A stretch of DNA of 64,000 bases from Haliotis rufescens (lineage: Eukaryota). Each line of letters opens with the position of its first letter. Position 1 is the stretch's first letter. Below, piece after piece: positions 24,983-38,650 of this stretch. The DNA lies in contig NW_025964224.1 of the NCBI RefSeq assembly GCF_023055435.1, positions 1,178,001-1,242,000 on the forward strand, written 5' to 3'. Made by a program: the position numbers and the translations under genes. Under the pieces are notes generated by a model, which did no database searches, was not told the DNA's origin, and saw nothing but the letters and a program-made list of their open reading frames with translations.

Positions 24983-26024
24983 TAGGGCTTCAAAGAGTAC
25001 TTGGGCACGGGCCGAGTTTAGTGGGAATGACGCCAGTTTGAAGGACTCGGGTACTCGACAAAGGGAGATAACTCTAATTTGATCGACTTTCAATACGTTA
25101 ATTGAAACGTACATGAGTAATCAATTAAATCAAATGAAATTGTCAATAGCTTTTCTTTTCGTCATTTTTCGAAACAATGCACATATTTACAACCATTTAT
25201 TAAGGATATTTCCTGGTTTAAAAAAAGTACTTTATTTCTTGTTTAAAAGGGGTGTTTTACGAAACTATTAAACTGTCGCAAGCTGTAGACCTATTCATTC
25301 TAAATTAGCGTCGCAACGTTAATCATTATCAATTCAATATTTTCATAAGATATTTATAACTGGACATCACATTATTGAATAATAACACATTGTGTTACTG
25401 TATCTAATTCTAATTATCTCTTCAATTGTCGGGAAAACGTCTTGAAGAAGTCAACCATTAATTTACAAGCCTAGTAATCTTTCTATGTTATGTTATCAAT
25501 TAAGAAAAAAAAGGTAAATACTGACTTGTGAATTTGTGATAACATTGAAAACGTTACTTTTAACTTATTATCTATATTTTGTCATTTATTGACAATTTCC
25601 TTCGGCGCTGGCATCAAATGATCTTAAGGTATACCCAAGAAGCCAGCCCGCCCAAATCCAGCCAATCACCAATCGCAACATACATCATGTGACGATCACG
25701 TGTGCAATATTCCCCCCCCCCCCCCCCTACGAACATGGCGCGTGTTACATTGAGATGTAAAGGATTTCTTTTCCCAAGTTGACAATTCTTATTTCAATGA
25801 AGCTTCAGCGAATCAGCATACAAATGTCAAAGGTATTTTATTTGATACGCGATCACATTGGTTTTCTTAGTGGTCTACGATGTCATTGTGATTCTTTCAT
25901 TTTGTATACGACAGGATAATTGCCAATTTTATTGAGTAGATGTATAATTGCGGGTACTCGTGCAGAAGCAGAGTCTTACCCCTCGGGTACTCGAGTTTAT
26001 ATTCTTGGACCCGTTGAAGCCCTA
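24983..26024. mobile_element. Non-autonomous hAT-like DNA transposon
   Basis: TIR tagggcttcaa / ttgaagcccta and subterminal cgggtactcg repeats at both ends. No TSD is evident. Confidence 0.65.
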
Positions 26025-26842
26025 TCCTATGCCCAGCTTCATCTATGGGGAACAACTCACTAGACACCCCCCTCTCAAAAATAACGTCGTCTAATCAATA
26101 TACGACGGCATGGAGTTGCGAGCGCGTGTTCGAATCCCCAGAAAGGACGCTATGATAGAACAATGTTTTATCGTGAAATAAAGCACTCTTCGTTCTTCAC
26201 TGTTCACTGTAGCTATCATATATATCTGTAGCTATCACTATAGCTATCATATATGCTCATGTTGATGGGACTACTCAGCTGCTGTTTTCGTGATAAAGAA
26301 AGGTGTATTTTCGTCGATCAGTTTCTTTAGCCGTGAATCAACCAAAGTTTTGACACGATTACATATCTCAAGCGCTTAGTTCCAAATGAAAATAAGAAAT
26401 ATCTACCCCACAGTGGGACTACATTAAATTTTAAAAAGTAGGTTTATCTCCTAAATGAATTAAATATTAATCTAGATGTAAAGTGAAATAAACCTACTGT
26501 GGTTCAATTAATTGTCTCCAAGCATTGAACTGAACGCTTATCAACCATGTTATGGTCTAATGTATATTTTAACACTATATCGTCCATGGCAATATCAATA
26601 CCCTCATTTGTAGACTTCTGATTGTCGAACACGACTGGAAAAAACGTTTTTCATCAAAATTCTTTATCATCTACAGAATATAATAGTTCCACGCTGTCAA
26701 ACTTACAATTTAGTTGCCTCCTGGTCAAAAGCTTTACCAATCACTTTACGTCATGGAGAAACTTTACAAGACGTTTAATGGTTTAATCTAACATGGCATC
26801 TTGTATACTGCATATTTTCAAAGTTTCAAAGTTCGACAGAAT

Positions 26843-27098
26843 CTGTGAAAAACCGGGGTAGAATAGGTCTTCAGCAACCCATGCTGCCGTAAAAGGGGAC
26901 AATTTTTGTCGTAAGAGGCGACTAACGGGATCAGATGGTCAGGCTCACTGACATGGTTGATGCATGTCATCATGTCCCAATTGCGTGGATCGATGCTCAT
27001 GATGTCAATCACTGGATTGTCTGGTCCCGACTGGATTATTTACAGACCGCCGTCATATTGCAGAGTGTGGCGTTAAACAACAAACAAACAAACAACGA
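26843..27098 (+). mobile_element. SINE-like family C, full length with TSD
   Basis: TSD tcgacagaat at 26833-26842 and 27099-27108. Confidence 0.85.
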
Positions 27099-27743
27099 TC
27101 GACAGAATATCGGGTGGTCACAATGGTCCCTGCTTATGGCCAGCGTCTGTGTGGACGGCCGTCTCTCTCAGCTGCGATCTGTCTTGTGTCTCCGTGAACG
27201 ATCATATGGTCGACTTCATCTACACGGCAATTATTACAATGCGTGTAATACATAGGCTCCCTTTTCCCTAGTTTTCGGATATTTCCCCCATGTCATTCGG
27301 TTCGGTTGAGGGAAAACACGAAAGAAAACATTCTGTCATAAGTCAATATTCCCGGATGTGTCTGGAGTTACCTCCCCTTTAATGCTGTCTTCACTGTCGG
27401 ATAAATCAGTGCTGGGGCGATTACTTCGTCTCGTAACTGCGTTACAAAATCTAAATATGTTTCTTTTTAATTCTCATACCAAGCTTTTTTTCGGCTAGTC
27501 AGTGATAAATACATATTTACAAGAATGACAATTTTTATTTGCATTATCACAATATTTTGGGTCGAGAATCAGTAAACCCAATAATAAGTCGATTATATGA
27601 CAGACTTCATTTACACAGCAGTCAGCATATTGCAGCCAATACATAGCGGTATGGATAATCGAGGTTGGTTTGGATAAAGGAGTAATTGATAGCATGAACA
27701 GCCGGCAACGATGACACTTTCCGCAAAGTCGTGTACACAGAAA

Positions 27744-27856
27744 TATACTACTCAAAACAAGTTAAAGAACAATTGGAAGGCGGTTTGCAACACCCACCAG
27801 TCACGGCAGATTAACTATGAAACAATCTTACTTCTTAACTTCTTTCGAGTAGTATA
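27744..27856. mobile_element. Tc1/mariner-type MITE
   Basis: TIR tatactactcaaaacaagttaa / ttaacttctttcgagtagtata, TA-flanked. Confidence 0.6.
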
Positions 27857-28119
27857 TTACTGAGACAGGTCAATCATGTACCAGACACCATAAAATCTAT
27901 TTTGTGGTCTCTGAGTGTACTGATTATGATAGGATAGTTACACGGTTTGAACTGGCTGATCGTATGTCATCGCGACCTGGCGGCCTGGGGCGTGTCTCAT
28001 GCTATCAACACCTGTTTTTCTTGGCCAGACTCCATTATAGACAGGTCACCGTGACATAACTGAAACATCATTCGCTAAGTCACTTCACGAAGAATAATCA
28101 TCGATATTACTTCAGAGAA

Positions 28120-28670
28120 GGGAGCGGGTAACCTTATTGGTATTTTCCATACGTTTTCTTCACTATACAAAGCCTCTATTCATTCCATTTGTCAAATGGC
28201 AGATCCGTAACAGTTTACCATTGAAGCTCAACGCAAATGGGTTTCTATTACCCCATTCACCATTGTGCTCTTCAGATCAGTTACGCTACAAAAGTGAGCA
28301 TATTTTAACCATGTACCCAGCAACCGAGAACATATCGCGATCAATGAATGCATATTTCATGGTTGAACTTCGCGTTAATGTCTGAATACCATCTCAAGGA
28401 TATCCAGCGGCAACACACTGAAAGAGCGCTACTCAATATTTCAGTTGATATCGACTGCGTTATTTTGCTTGCTTTAAAAGATAACAAAATGTCAAGTTTG
28501 AATTGATCAATTTCTGTTTCCTTGTACAAAGGATGATAAATGTTCCCTTGATCTCAACAGCAATTATTAAAAGGATTCACAGACAGCCTTAAAAATTGTG
28601 GCTTATCGCGTCTTCTCTTCACAGACGGAAACCAAGAACCAGTCAAATCTTGTTGTAACCGTGAAGTCAA
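28120..28670 (-). pseudogene. Gene-like unit U2 of the unknown minus-strand family (5'-truncated relic)
   Basis: Peptides FDWF..V.EEK...CE, NIYHPLYKETEIDQFKLDIL and NPFALSFNGKL occur in the same order as similar peptides in unit U7. Weak, by eye. Confidence 0.35.
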
Positions 28671-28930
28671 TGTCGGGGACCACGCGGTATCACAGTGACG
28701 GATGCAGTCGCTTGCCCCATGGAACAGCCAGTGAGCAACATCACGGTGGGGACTCCATTTCTGACTAAGTACTAATGTCGAACCCAGGCCGTCCGTTTAA
28801 CGAGCGATCGCTTTAAGCGCGGAGACACCAAGCGCTCGAAAGTGGACGTCTTGGTCTCGATTCCAGATATCAAGCACCATTTTGAATCCCGTTTGTTCTG
28901 TTCTCAACCTTCATATTTACGAAAGCCGTT

Positions 28931-28937
<7 letters not shown>

Positions 28938-28978
<41 letters not shown>
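28938..28978. repeat. (GT)n microsatellite
   Basis: Read directly from the sequence. Confidence 0.95.
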
Positions 28979-28981
<3 letters not shown>

Positions 28982-29789
28982 GAAGAAAATAAATAAGGTA
29001 ACATGCACCGGAGGTTTACATCATAATGGGACATGGACTGAATTATCCCGTGGGGATTCCGGAATAGGTTTGTTTGTTTGTTTGTTGTTTAACGCCGCAC
29101 TCAGCAATATTTCAGCTACATGGCGGCAATCTGTAAATAATCGAGTCTGGACCAGAAAATCGAGTGTTTGTCGTCATGAGCATCGATCTACGTAATTGGG
29201 ATACGATTGGGAAGTTCATGTGAACTGTTACGTTAGTGGTGGACAAGGTGGGTCAAGAACACGTCATGTGATCATTTCAAATGTGATTGCCTAGACTCAC
29301 TGTATAAGCTAGGTTTTGATAATGTTCATTTTCTACATCGATGTTTTTGATATATTGTTATGTTTGTTTGTTGTTTACGATGACATGCATCAACCAAGTC
29401 AGCGAGCCTGACCATCCGATCCCGTTAGTCTCCTCTTACGACAAGCACAGTCGCCATTTAACAGCAATCATGGGTTACTGCAGACCTATTCCACTCCGGA
29501 TCTTCACGGGTAGGTTGGAATAGGTCCCAGCAGACATTGCAGCTTTCCGTGACAGTTGACTAAATCGACAGTTGATTGCGTGTCATCTTTATCCCGACAT
29601 CGTGGATCTTTGCTCACAATATCAATCACTGGAATATTGCCGAGTGCGGCGTTAAATACCAAACAAACAGAAAGAAATGTTGGTATATTGCGTGTGACTA
29701 CCCTGCCTAATAATCTCAGGAGGCGGTAGGGTAGCCGAGTGGTTAAAGCGTTCGATCGTCACACCGCAGGCCCGGGTTCGGTTTTCCTG

Positions 29790-32700
29790 ATGCAACATTT
29801 TAACAGGCGCTGGCATAGGAACATTTTAACAGGGGATGGCGTTGCAACAGTTTAACAGGCGCTGGCATAGTAACATTTAAACAGGAGCTAGCATTGTAGC
29901 ATGTTAGCAGAGGCTGGCGTTGCAACATTTTAACAGGGGCCGGTGTTGCAATATTTTAAGTGAGCTCGGCATTATAACATTTTAACAGGCGTTGTACCAT
30001 TTTAACAGGGTGTTACGTGAAATGTTAACAGACGCTGGCGTTGTAACATTTTAACAGGGGCTGGCGTGGCAACACTTTTACAGGGGCTGGCGTTGTAACA
30101 TTTTAACAGAGGCCGGCGTTGCAACATTTACATTTTGATAGAGGTCGGCGTTGTCACATTTTAACAGAGGCCGGCCTTGTGACTTTTACATTTTGATAGA
30201 GAACGCGTTGTAACATTTTAACAGAGGACGGCGTTGCAACATTTACATTTTGATAGAGGTCGGCGTTGTAACATTTTGATAGAGGTCGGCGTTGCAACAT
30301 TTACATTTTGATAGAGGACGGCGTTGTAACATTTACATTTTGATAGAGGTCGGCGTTGTAACATTTACATTTTGATAGAGGTCGGCGTTGTAACATTTAC
30401 ATTTTGATAGAGGTCGGCGTTGTAACATTTTAACAGAGGTCGGCGTTGTAACATTTACATTTTGATAGAGGTCGGCGTTGTAACATTTTAACAGAGGTCG
30501 GCGTTGTAACATTTTAACAGAGGACGGCGTTGCAACATTTACATTTTGATAGAGGTCGGCGTTGTAACATTTTAACAGAGGACGGCGTTGCAACATTTTA
30601 ACAGAGGACGGCGTTGCAACATTTATATTTTGATAGAGGTCGGCGTTGTAACATTTTAACAGAGGACGGCGTTGCAACATTTACATTTTGATAGAGGTCG
30701 GCGTTGTAACATTTTAACAGAGGTCGGCGTTGTAACATTTACATTTTGATAGAGGTCGGCGTTGTAACATTTTAACAGAGGTCGGCGTTGTAACATTTTA
30801 ACAGAGGACGGCGTTGCAACATTTACATTTTGATAGAGGTCGGCGTTGTAACATTTTAACAGAGGACGGCGTTGCAACATTTTAACAGAGGACGGCGTTG
30901 CAACATTTACATTTTGATAGAGGTCGGCGTTGTAACATTTTAACAGAGGTCGGCGTTGTAACATTTACATTTTGATAGAGGTCGGCGTTGTAACATTTTA
31001 ACAGAGGTCGGCGTTGTAACATTTTAACAGAGGACGGCGTTGCAACATTTACATTTTGATAGAGGTCGGCGTTGTAACATTTTAACAGAGGACGGCGTTG
31101 TAACATTTACATTTTGATAGAGGTCGGCGTTGTAACATTTTAACAGAGGTCGGCGTTGTAACATTTACATTTTGATAGAGGTCGGCGTTGTAACATTTTA
31201 ACAGAGGTCGGCGTTGTAACATTTTAACAGAGGACGGCGTTGCAACATTTACATTTTGATAGAGGACGGCGTTGTAACATTTTAACAGAGGACGGCGTTG
31301 CAACCTTTACATTTTGATAGAGGTCGGCGTTGTAACATTTTAACAGAGGACGGCGTTGCAACATTTATATTTTGATAGAGGTCGGCGTTGTAACATTTTA
31401 ACAGAGGACGGCGTTGCAACATTTTAACAGAGGACGGCGTTGCAACATTTTGATAGAGGACGGCGTTGTAACATTTTAACAGAGGACGGCGTTGTAACAT
31501 TTTAACAGAGGTCGGCGTTGTAACATTTTAACAGAGGACGGCGTTGCAACATTTTGATAGAGGACGGCGTTGTAACATTTTAACAGAGGAGGGCGTTGCA
31601 ACATTTATATTTTGATAGAGGTCGGCGTTGTAACATTTTAACAGAGGACGGCGTTGCAACATTTATATTTTGATAGAGGTCGGCGTTGTAACATTTTAAC
31701 AGAGGACGGCGTTGCAACATTTTGATAGAGGTCGGCGTTGTAACATTTTAACAGAGGACGGCGTTGCAACATTTACATTTTGATAGAGGTCGGCGTTGTA
31801 ACATTTTAACAGAGGACGGCGTTGCAACATTTATATTTTGATAGAGGTCGGCGTTGTAACATTTTAACAGAGGACGGCGTTGCAACATTTACATTTTGAT
31901 AGAGGTCGGCGTTGTAACATTTTAACAGAGGACGGCGTTGCAACATTTATATTTTGATAGAGGTCGGCGTTGTAACATTTTAACAGAGGACGGCGTTGCA
32001 ACATTTACATTTTGATAGAGGTCGGCGTTGCAACATTTTAACAGAGGACGGCGTTGCAACATTTATATTTTGATAGAGGTCGGCGTTGTAACATTTTAAC
32101 AGAGGACGGCGTTGCAACATTTACATTTTGATAGAGGTCGGCGTTGTAACATTTTAACAGAGGACGGCGTTGCAACATTTATATTTTGATAGAGGTCGGC
32201 GTTGTAACATTTTAACAGAGGACGGCGTTGCAACATTTTGATAGAGGTCGGCGTTGTAACATTTTAACAGAGGACGGCGTTGCAACATTTTGATAGAGGA
32301 CGGCGTTGTAACATTTTAACAGAGGTCGGCGTTGTAACATTTTAACAGAGGACGGCGTTGCAACATTTTGATAGAGGACGGCGTTGTAACATTTTAACAG
32401 AGGACGGCGTTGCAACATTTATATTTTGATAGAGGTCGGCGTTGTAACATTTTAACAGAGGACGGCGTTGCAACATTTACATTTTGATAGAGGTCGGCGT
32501 TGTAACATTTTAACAGAGGACGGCGTTGCAACATTTATATTTTGATAGAGGTCGGCGTTGTAACATTTTAACAGAGGACGGCGTTGCAACATTTACATTT
32601 TGATAGAGGTCGGCGTTGCAACATTTTAACAGAGGACGGCGTTGCAACATTTATATTTTGATAGAGGTCGGCGTTGTAACATTTTAACAGAGGACGGCGT

Positions 32701-33563
32701 TGCAACATTTACATTTTGATAGAGGTCGGCGTTGTAACATTTTAACAGAGGACGGCGTTGCAACATTTATATTTTGATAGAGGTCGGCGTTGTAACATTT
32801 TAACAGAGGACGGCGTTGCAACATTTTGATAGAGGACGGCGTTGTAACATTTTAACAGAGGACGGCGTTGCAACATTTTGATAGAGGTCGGCGTTGTAAC
32901 ATTTTAACAGAGGACGGCGTTGCAACATTTATATTTTGATAGAGGTCGGCGTTGTAACATTTTAACAGAGGCCGGCGTTGCAACATTTATATTTTGATAG
33001 AGGTCGGCGTTGTAACATTTTAACAGAGGACGGCGTTGCAACATTTACATTTTGATAGAGGTCGGCGTTGCAACATTTTAACAGAGGACGGCGTTGCAAC
33101 ATTTATATTTTGATAGAGGTCGGCGTTGTAACATTTTAACAGAGGACGGCGTTGCAACATTTACATTTTGATAGAGGTCGGCGTTGTAACATTTTAACAG
33201 AGGACGGCGTTGCAACATTTATATTTTGATAGAGGTCGGCGTTGCAACATTTTAACAGAGGACGGCGTTGCAACATTTACATTTTGATAGAGGTCGGCGT
33301 TGCAACATTTTAACAGAGGACGGCGTTGCAACATTTATATTTTGATAGAGGTCGGCGTTGTAACATTTTAACAGAGGACGGCGTTGCAACATTTACATTT
33401 TGATAGAGGTCGGCGTTGTAACATTTTAACAGAGGACGGCGTTGCAACATTTACATTTTGATAGAGGTCGGCGTTGTAACATTTTAACAGAGGACGGCGT
33501 TGCAACATTTACATTTTGATAGAGGTCGGCGTTGTAACATTTTAACAGAGGCCGGCGTTGTAA
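29790..33563. repeat. Minisatellite of 26-bp and 32-bp units with higher-order structure, about 3.8 kb
   Basis: Units aacattttaacagaggacggcgttgc (26 bp) and aacatttacattttgatagaggtcggcgttgt (32 bp), often alternating as 58-bp dimers. The left edge is degenerate. Confidence 0.95.
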
Positions 33564-33569
33564 TCTGCT

Positions 33570-34260
33570 GATAGGGTTTGTAAAAAGCTTTTACTTTACA
33601 TGCACTCTCTGACTTGTAACAAATATAGCACATTTGTCCATGGACACAGAGAATGATCCATTATATATATTGATATCCCGGCTTGAGAGGTGCTCGACTC
33701 TCTTCAACATATGCACATAATACTGCACAGCGTCAATAGCAATGTGTGAACACCGAGTTGAATAGTCTCCTGCCTTGTACATGCATATTTGTAAAATCCA
33801 TTAGTTCACACGATCAGGGTGCAATGCGTGCTCTCTATCAGATTCACCAGTTACTAATATCTTCAAAGTGCAATTTATCAATCACGCGAAGCCTGATCGC
33901 CTCCTAAACCCACCCAACATATTGACTTCTTTTAATATTATACGATTTCTTGAACGTCTTGAAACACGACGCCAAGTGACGCCTGAGCGGCCGGTGACAT
34001 GTTGTCCACACCACGTACAGGAGGATGGAGATACAGCACCCAGGTGTGTTGGCACCCAGGTGGGAAGTAATGATGATGAAACACAGTCTGGCAATACAAT
34101 CTTGTCCAATACGTTGTGTCCTTGTCCCCAGTCAACCTCCTTTGTCCGGAAACCGCTCATTATGGACGTTTGCTGATGGAAAGGTTTCTGTATTCGCGGG
34201 GTGGACATTTTATATGATACCAGCATTATAATGTTTCAACGGGTGCAAGCTGCTTACCCT
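33570..34260 (-). pseudogene. Gene-like unit U3 (disrupted ORF, 3' end abuts the minisatellite)
   Basis: Candidate intron GTAAGC(34257)...CAG(34173), 85 nt. ATG at 34160 (MSGFRTKEVDWG...). The frame continues through two stops into ORF 33591-33782. Confidence 0.45.
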
Positions 34261-35799
34261 TATTCCTGGCTACCTTTTGTCCAAAACCGTCATCACTTGG
34301 GCCGTCCTCCCACACCACGCCGTAATGTAACTGAAATTCACTCGTGAATCATTGGACGACTTTAGGTAAACAAACTGAATCATTGTTCACTATTTGTCAT
34401 TAAAGACACAGTATTGCGTTCCTGTGAACAATGTTCGCTGATCTTTTTCATTAAAAAATAAATCCGGACGATTTCGTAGAGAACTGTGCAGTCCGTATTA
34501 TAGAGGTTTCTCTGTCTCTTAATAGTTGAACCTCTTTGTTCAGGGGATTGATAACTAACAAGAGTGAGTGAGTATAGTTTTACACCGCTTTAGGAACATT
34601 CCAGCAATATCACGGCAGGAGACACCATGTGGGGAATCGAACCCAGGTCTTCGGTGTGACGAGCGAACGCTATAACCACTAGGCTACCCTTCCTCCCCTG
34701 ATAACAAGAAGGTTAAACAAAAGCAATTTGCATGTTACATGTCAAAACGCAATACATATGTACAGCTGTTGTGACAATTTCACAATGTCGATGAAAGGCT
34801 TTAAGTGAGTGAGTGAGTGAGCTGGGTTTAACGCCGCTTTTAACATTATTCCAGTTATATCACGGCGTGTCATCTTAATGTGGGAGGAAAGCCCGAAGTG
34901 ATGCAGGTCTCAGACGTTTACAACTTCGGTGAAACCCATCAGCACGGGTATGGTGCTGAAACATAATCGGGGCGAACCTGGATTCGAACCCACAATCATA
35001 TGTTTCTGGCGTGCCCAAGGGACGCAACTCTGCACAGCGAATTGCGGCGCCTTGGACGACTGGGCCACCCGTGCCCCCGAGAGGCGTTGTGGTTAAAGTG
35101 TACGCGCTTCACGCCGGTGGCCCTGATTCGATTCCCAACATGGTTGCAATAAGAAGCCCCTCGTCTGCTGTTGCCACCGTAATACCGCTGTCATATTTCT
35201 AAAATCGCCGATAAGCCATACTCACTCACTCCTTTTACGGTTGATGTATAATGTACATGCTTGTATGAACAAACATGAAGATCCGGGTTAGAATAGGTCT
35301 TCAGTAACCCATGCTTGTCGTAAGAGGCGACTTACGGAACGGGTGGTCAGGCTCGCTGACTTGGTTGATGCATGTCATCGTATCCCAATTGCGTGGATCG
35401 ATGCTCATGATATCAATCACTGGATTTTCTGGTCCAGACTCGATTATTTACAGACCGCCGTCCTGTAGCTGGAATATGGCTGAGTGCGGCGTTAAACAAC
35501 GAACAATCAAACAAACAAACAAACAAACACAGAACGGACTTCGAGAAGTGATTTCCAGTACTGAAACAGATGGCAAAGAGACCTGTATGTCAGGACTTGC
35601 GTATGCAAAAGGTGCACACGTAGTCATGTAGTATATATCGATAAGTTCTTGATGAAATGAAATGCTAGTAATTTCTATTTTAAACAGGTTCTATTTTGCC
35701 ACTGTCATATTAGTTTAAAACATCGCTGCGTTCTACCATACATACACAATGTTTTATTTTTCTGATGGTGTGTTGTAATAAGATTTTGTTTTGTATCCA

Positions 35800-36850
35800 G
35801 TTCATAGTTTCTTTTCTAATTTCATTTGTCGTTTGCAGTTACAGGACAGATGTGCTGAGCGTCTTTTATTTTAGCGCTTTACAAAAAGAAAACATTTCGG
35901 TGTCTAATCCATCTTAAAAAGTTGTGTAAGGGTCGTTGTGCATACTGTTGTAACCAATTACATTGTGTAGTTTGTTGTCATCTAATGGAACTTTCCATTC
36001 CCATTTGTTTATGTCATGCCCGTGTTTCTTCATGTACATATTAGTTTTGCTGCATTTGTAGCGTTGTCACTTATTCCCTGTGAGAACCAGTACAAGAGAC
36101 ATTTCTAATTTGCTACTTTTTCACCCCCTTCTCCTTGCAGTAATATTTGATTTGACCTGACAATATTTCCCTACCCAAGGATATTTGTTTTGCACTGGCG
36201 TATATTTCTGAATGGGTGACAGGTAATGATATTTCCGTACTTAACCCCAAGTGTATTTACAAACGTCACACCTGTTGCCGAGTAGTGTGTGTAAGCAATT
36301 ACATTTGATCTCCAATAAGTGTATTTCCGCTTCTTCAGACTGGATGGGGAGTACTTCCCTGCAACTGCAACTGCACACCTTCGGCTCCTCAGTCGCCATT
36401 TCACTACAGAATACTCCTAGCGTTGTATTTATAGTAGAGACTCACACATCATAAACCATTGGTGGGTTGGTGTTCCACACTACCAACAATAGAAAGTCTT
36501 TAAAATCCCACACGTGACCATGTTTAAATACACATATCCCATAGGCGGATAAAACCCACGACACATAAAACCAGGTGAGGTGTACCTTCATCACAGAGAG
36601 CATTGCAGCCCACATCAAAGTCCACCTCGTTGGTTAAATCTCCACAAACTGCGTGAGGCAAGTGCTATCAATACTCATCCATTAGAATTACAAACAAGGT
36701 CAACCGACAAATCTTATGGTCAAGTAACTACAATTGGTAATCAGTATAAATGACTTTTGTGATTAGTAAATGGAGCATCCACGATCAGCAACCACTTACA
36801 ACGACATAAATACGGCTTTCTGAGAGAGTATAGGATCATGTTCTACCGGA
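35800..36850 (-). pseudogene. Gene-like unit U4 (duplicate at about 51020-52230)
   Basis: Candidate intron GTAAGT(36799)...tactaat branch point...TAG(36728), 72 nt. Disrupted frame with FVNTLGVKYGNIITCHPFRNIRQCKTNIL. Confidence 0.45.
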
Positions 36851-36979
36851 TACAGTATTCAGGAATAATCCATTTTATATGGGATAGATTCCCCTAATAA
36901 ATCATGTGTTTGATATTTCTGGGAGCTCGGTATAGATCACTGTTCCGGTGCTACCACGTTTCGGCCTCTCCTCGGCTCG

Positions 36980-37350
36980 TTGGTGTGTGTGTGCCTCGTG
37001 CGTGCGTGCGTGCGTGTGTGTGTGTGTGTGAATGTGTTGTGTGTGTGTGAGGGGTGAATGTATGTATGTGCGTGTATAGTGTTGAGGGGTGGGGGGGGGG
37101 GGGGGGATGTTGAGGGAGTGGTATATGCGTTTGCGTTGTATGTGTGTGTATGTATCTGTGGGTGAGGTTGGATGAGCGTGTATTCACTCGAGCGAGGGGT
37201 GAATGTATGTGCGTGCGTGTATAGTGTTGAGAGGGTGGGGTGAGTAAGGTGCGTGTCTTAAGGGAGAGGTACGTGCGTTTGCGTTTGAGGCAAAGGTGTG
37301 TGTGTGTGTGTGTGAGGTTGAGTGTATGTGTGTGCGTCTGCTTGTGCGTG
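36980..37350. repeat. GT-rich low-complexity region with a poly-G run
   Basis: Read directly. Shorter in the paralog at about 52390-52550. Confidence 0.8.
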
Positions 37351-37399
37351 TATTCACTCGTTGCCTTAGTAACTATTTAAGATGGTTTGTAATAAATGA

Positions 37400-38650
37400 A
37401 GACTTGGTGTTATTCTCCAGTGTATGTCACTGTAATGAGGCAGTGGTCTGGACTCCCAGTGTGTAGCTTTCATGTATCACTACGCCTGTACAGGAAGGCG
37501 GACTCACACAATAACTTGCGATGGTGTTCGACCTCTTCCTCCTGTACAGTATCCCCTGTAATCACTGTACTTATTGAACTCATGTTTCTTTTAGCATCAA
37601 TAGATGACTGACAATTTGCGCTTCTTTGTGTCCCTCAGCTCAATCAAGAAGCGATATTTTCTGTTTCTCTACTGTAATGAATAGGAAAGGTTGCTTTATG
37701 TGTTTTCAATTAGAAGGTATAAAACTCGATACTCATGACTAGAAGACATAACATGGACATGTTCTGCAGTACAAACATATCAAACACAAGCCCATTAGCA
37801 ATTTCAGATATTCAGAATATAATGCATCCATAAAAGCAAAATTGCTGCATTAAGTATTTATTCCGAGGCATACCAAGCTGGTACCAATGATTGGTTCCAC
37901 TCCTTCTCTCCGTGGTCAAGGAGGGCCGAAGGTAATGGTTCTTAGAGACAATACCTTTACACTAACAACAATTATAACGCCTCGGAACCGGGATGGAGCG
38001 TACGACGGTTTTAATTGCAAACCTGTACACTTGTGTAAACCAAGGTTGTCCATTAATTCTAATAACATGAGTTTCATCATGGGAACCCGATATTGAATAT
38101 TGTTTACTGAATGTAATCTCTCATCATTATAGATCATCGGAGTGGGTGCACCATCTACCGTCCAAGTAGCTGGGATGCTTTGTGGCGCCACTCCCCGATA
38201 AGATTCCCATGTTCAGAATATTGTTACAGGTGACAGGTAACGTTTCAGTCAATACCTTATCGCTCATTAGAAATACATCAGCGTCTCTGATACTCGCTGT
38301 CTGTGAGGGCGCCCACGTCCGACTGCAGGGACGGGCACAACATGCAAGACTAATGGCTACGCTCCAACCCAATCGTCGATAACCCGTATTAGGCTGATAA
38401 GCTTCTGAATGCCTTGATGGGTAGTGGCTTTTCTTATGTTATTGATAAATGTTCCACTGGAAAATAATATTCCCTCATCTCCCCTCAGCTTGCCCTGCAC
38501 GAACATATTATATGGTTATCTCTTTAAGTGGCACTGTAGTAGTGGTAGCATCAATGAATCACCTGATAGAGGCACTAGCATCTCTACCGCATGTCGCATG
38601 GACAGACTGAAAGTTGAAATATTTGAATATTTTACTTACTATGCATCGTT
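37400..38650 (-). pseudogene. Gene-like unit U5 (duplicate at about 52580-53870)
   Basis: GTAAGT donor (38639; 53867) and ctttcag acceptor (38607; 53816). Broken frames include TCNNILNMGILSGSGATKHPSY. Confidence 0.35.

Larger units (their letters stand above)
34260..38640. repeat. Older, more diverged paralog of 50055-53868
   Basis: Collinear blocks (34300 with 50070, 35790 with 51025, 36560 with 51940, 37220 with 52415) showing many substitutions and SINE presence/absence differences. Confidence 0.9.

Noticed and set aside
30333-32418. MLQRRPLLKCYNAD repeat ORFs
   Set aside because: Artefacts of the 26/32-bp minisatellite.
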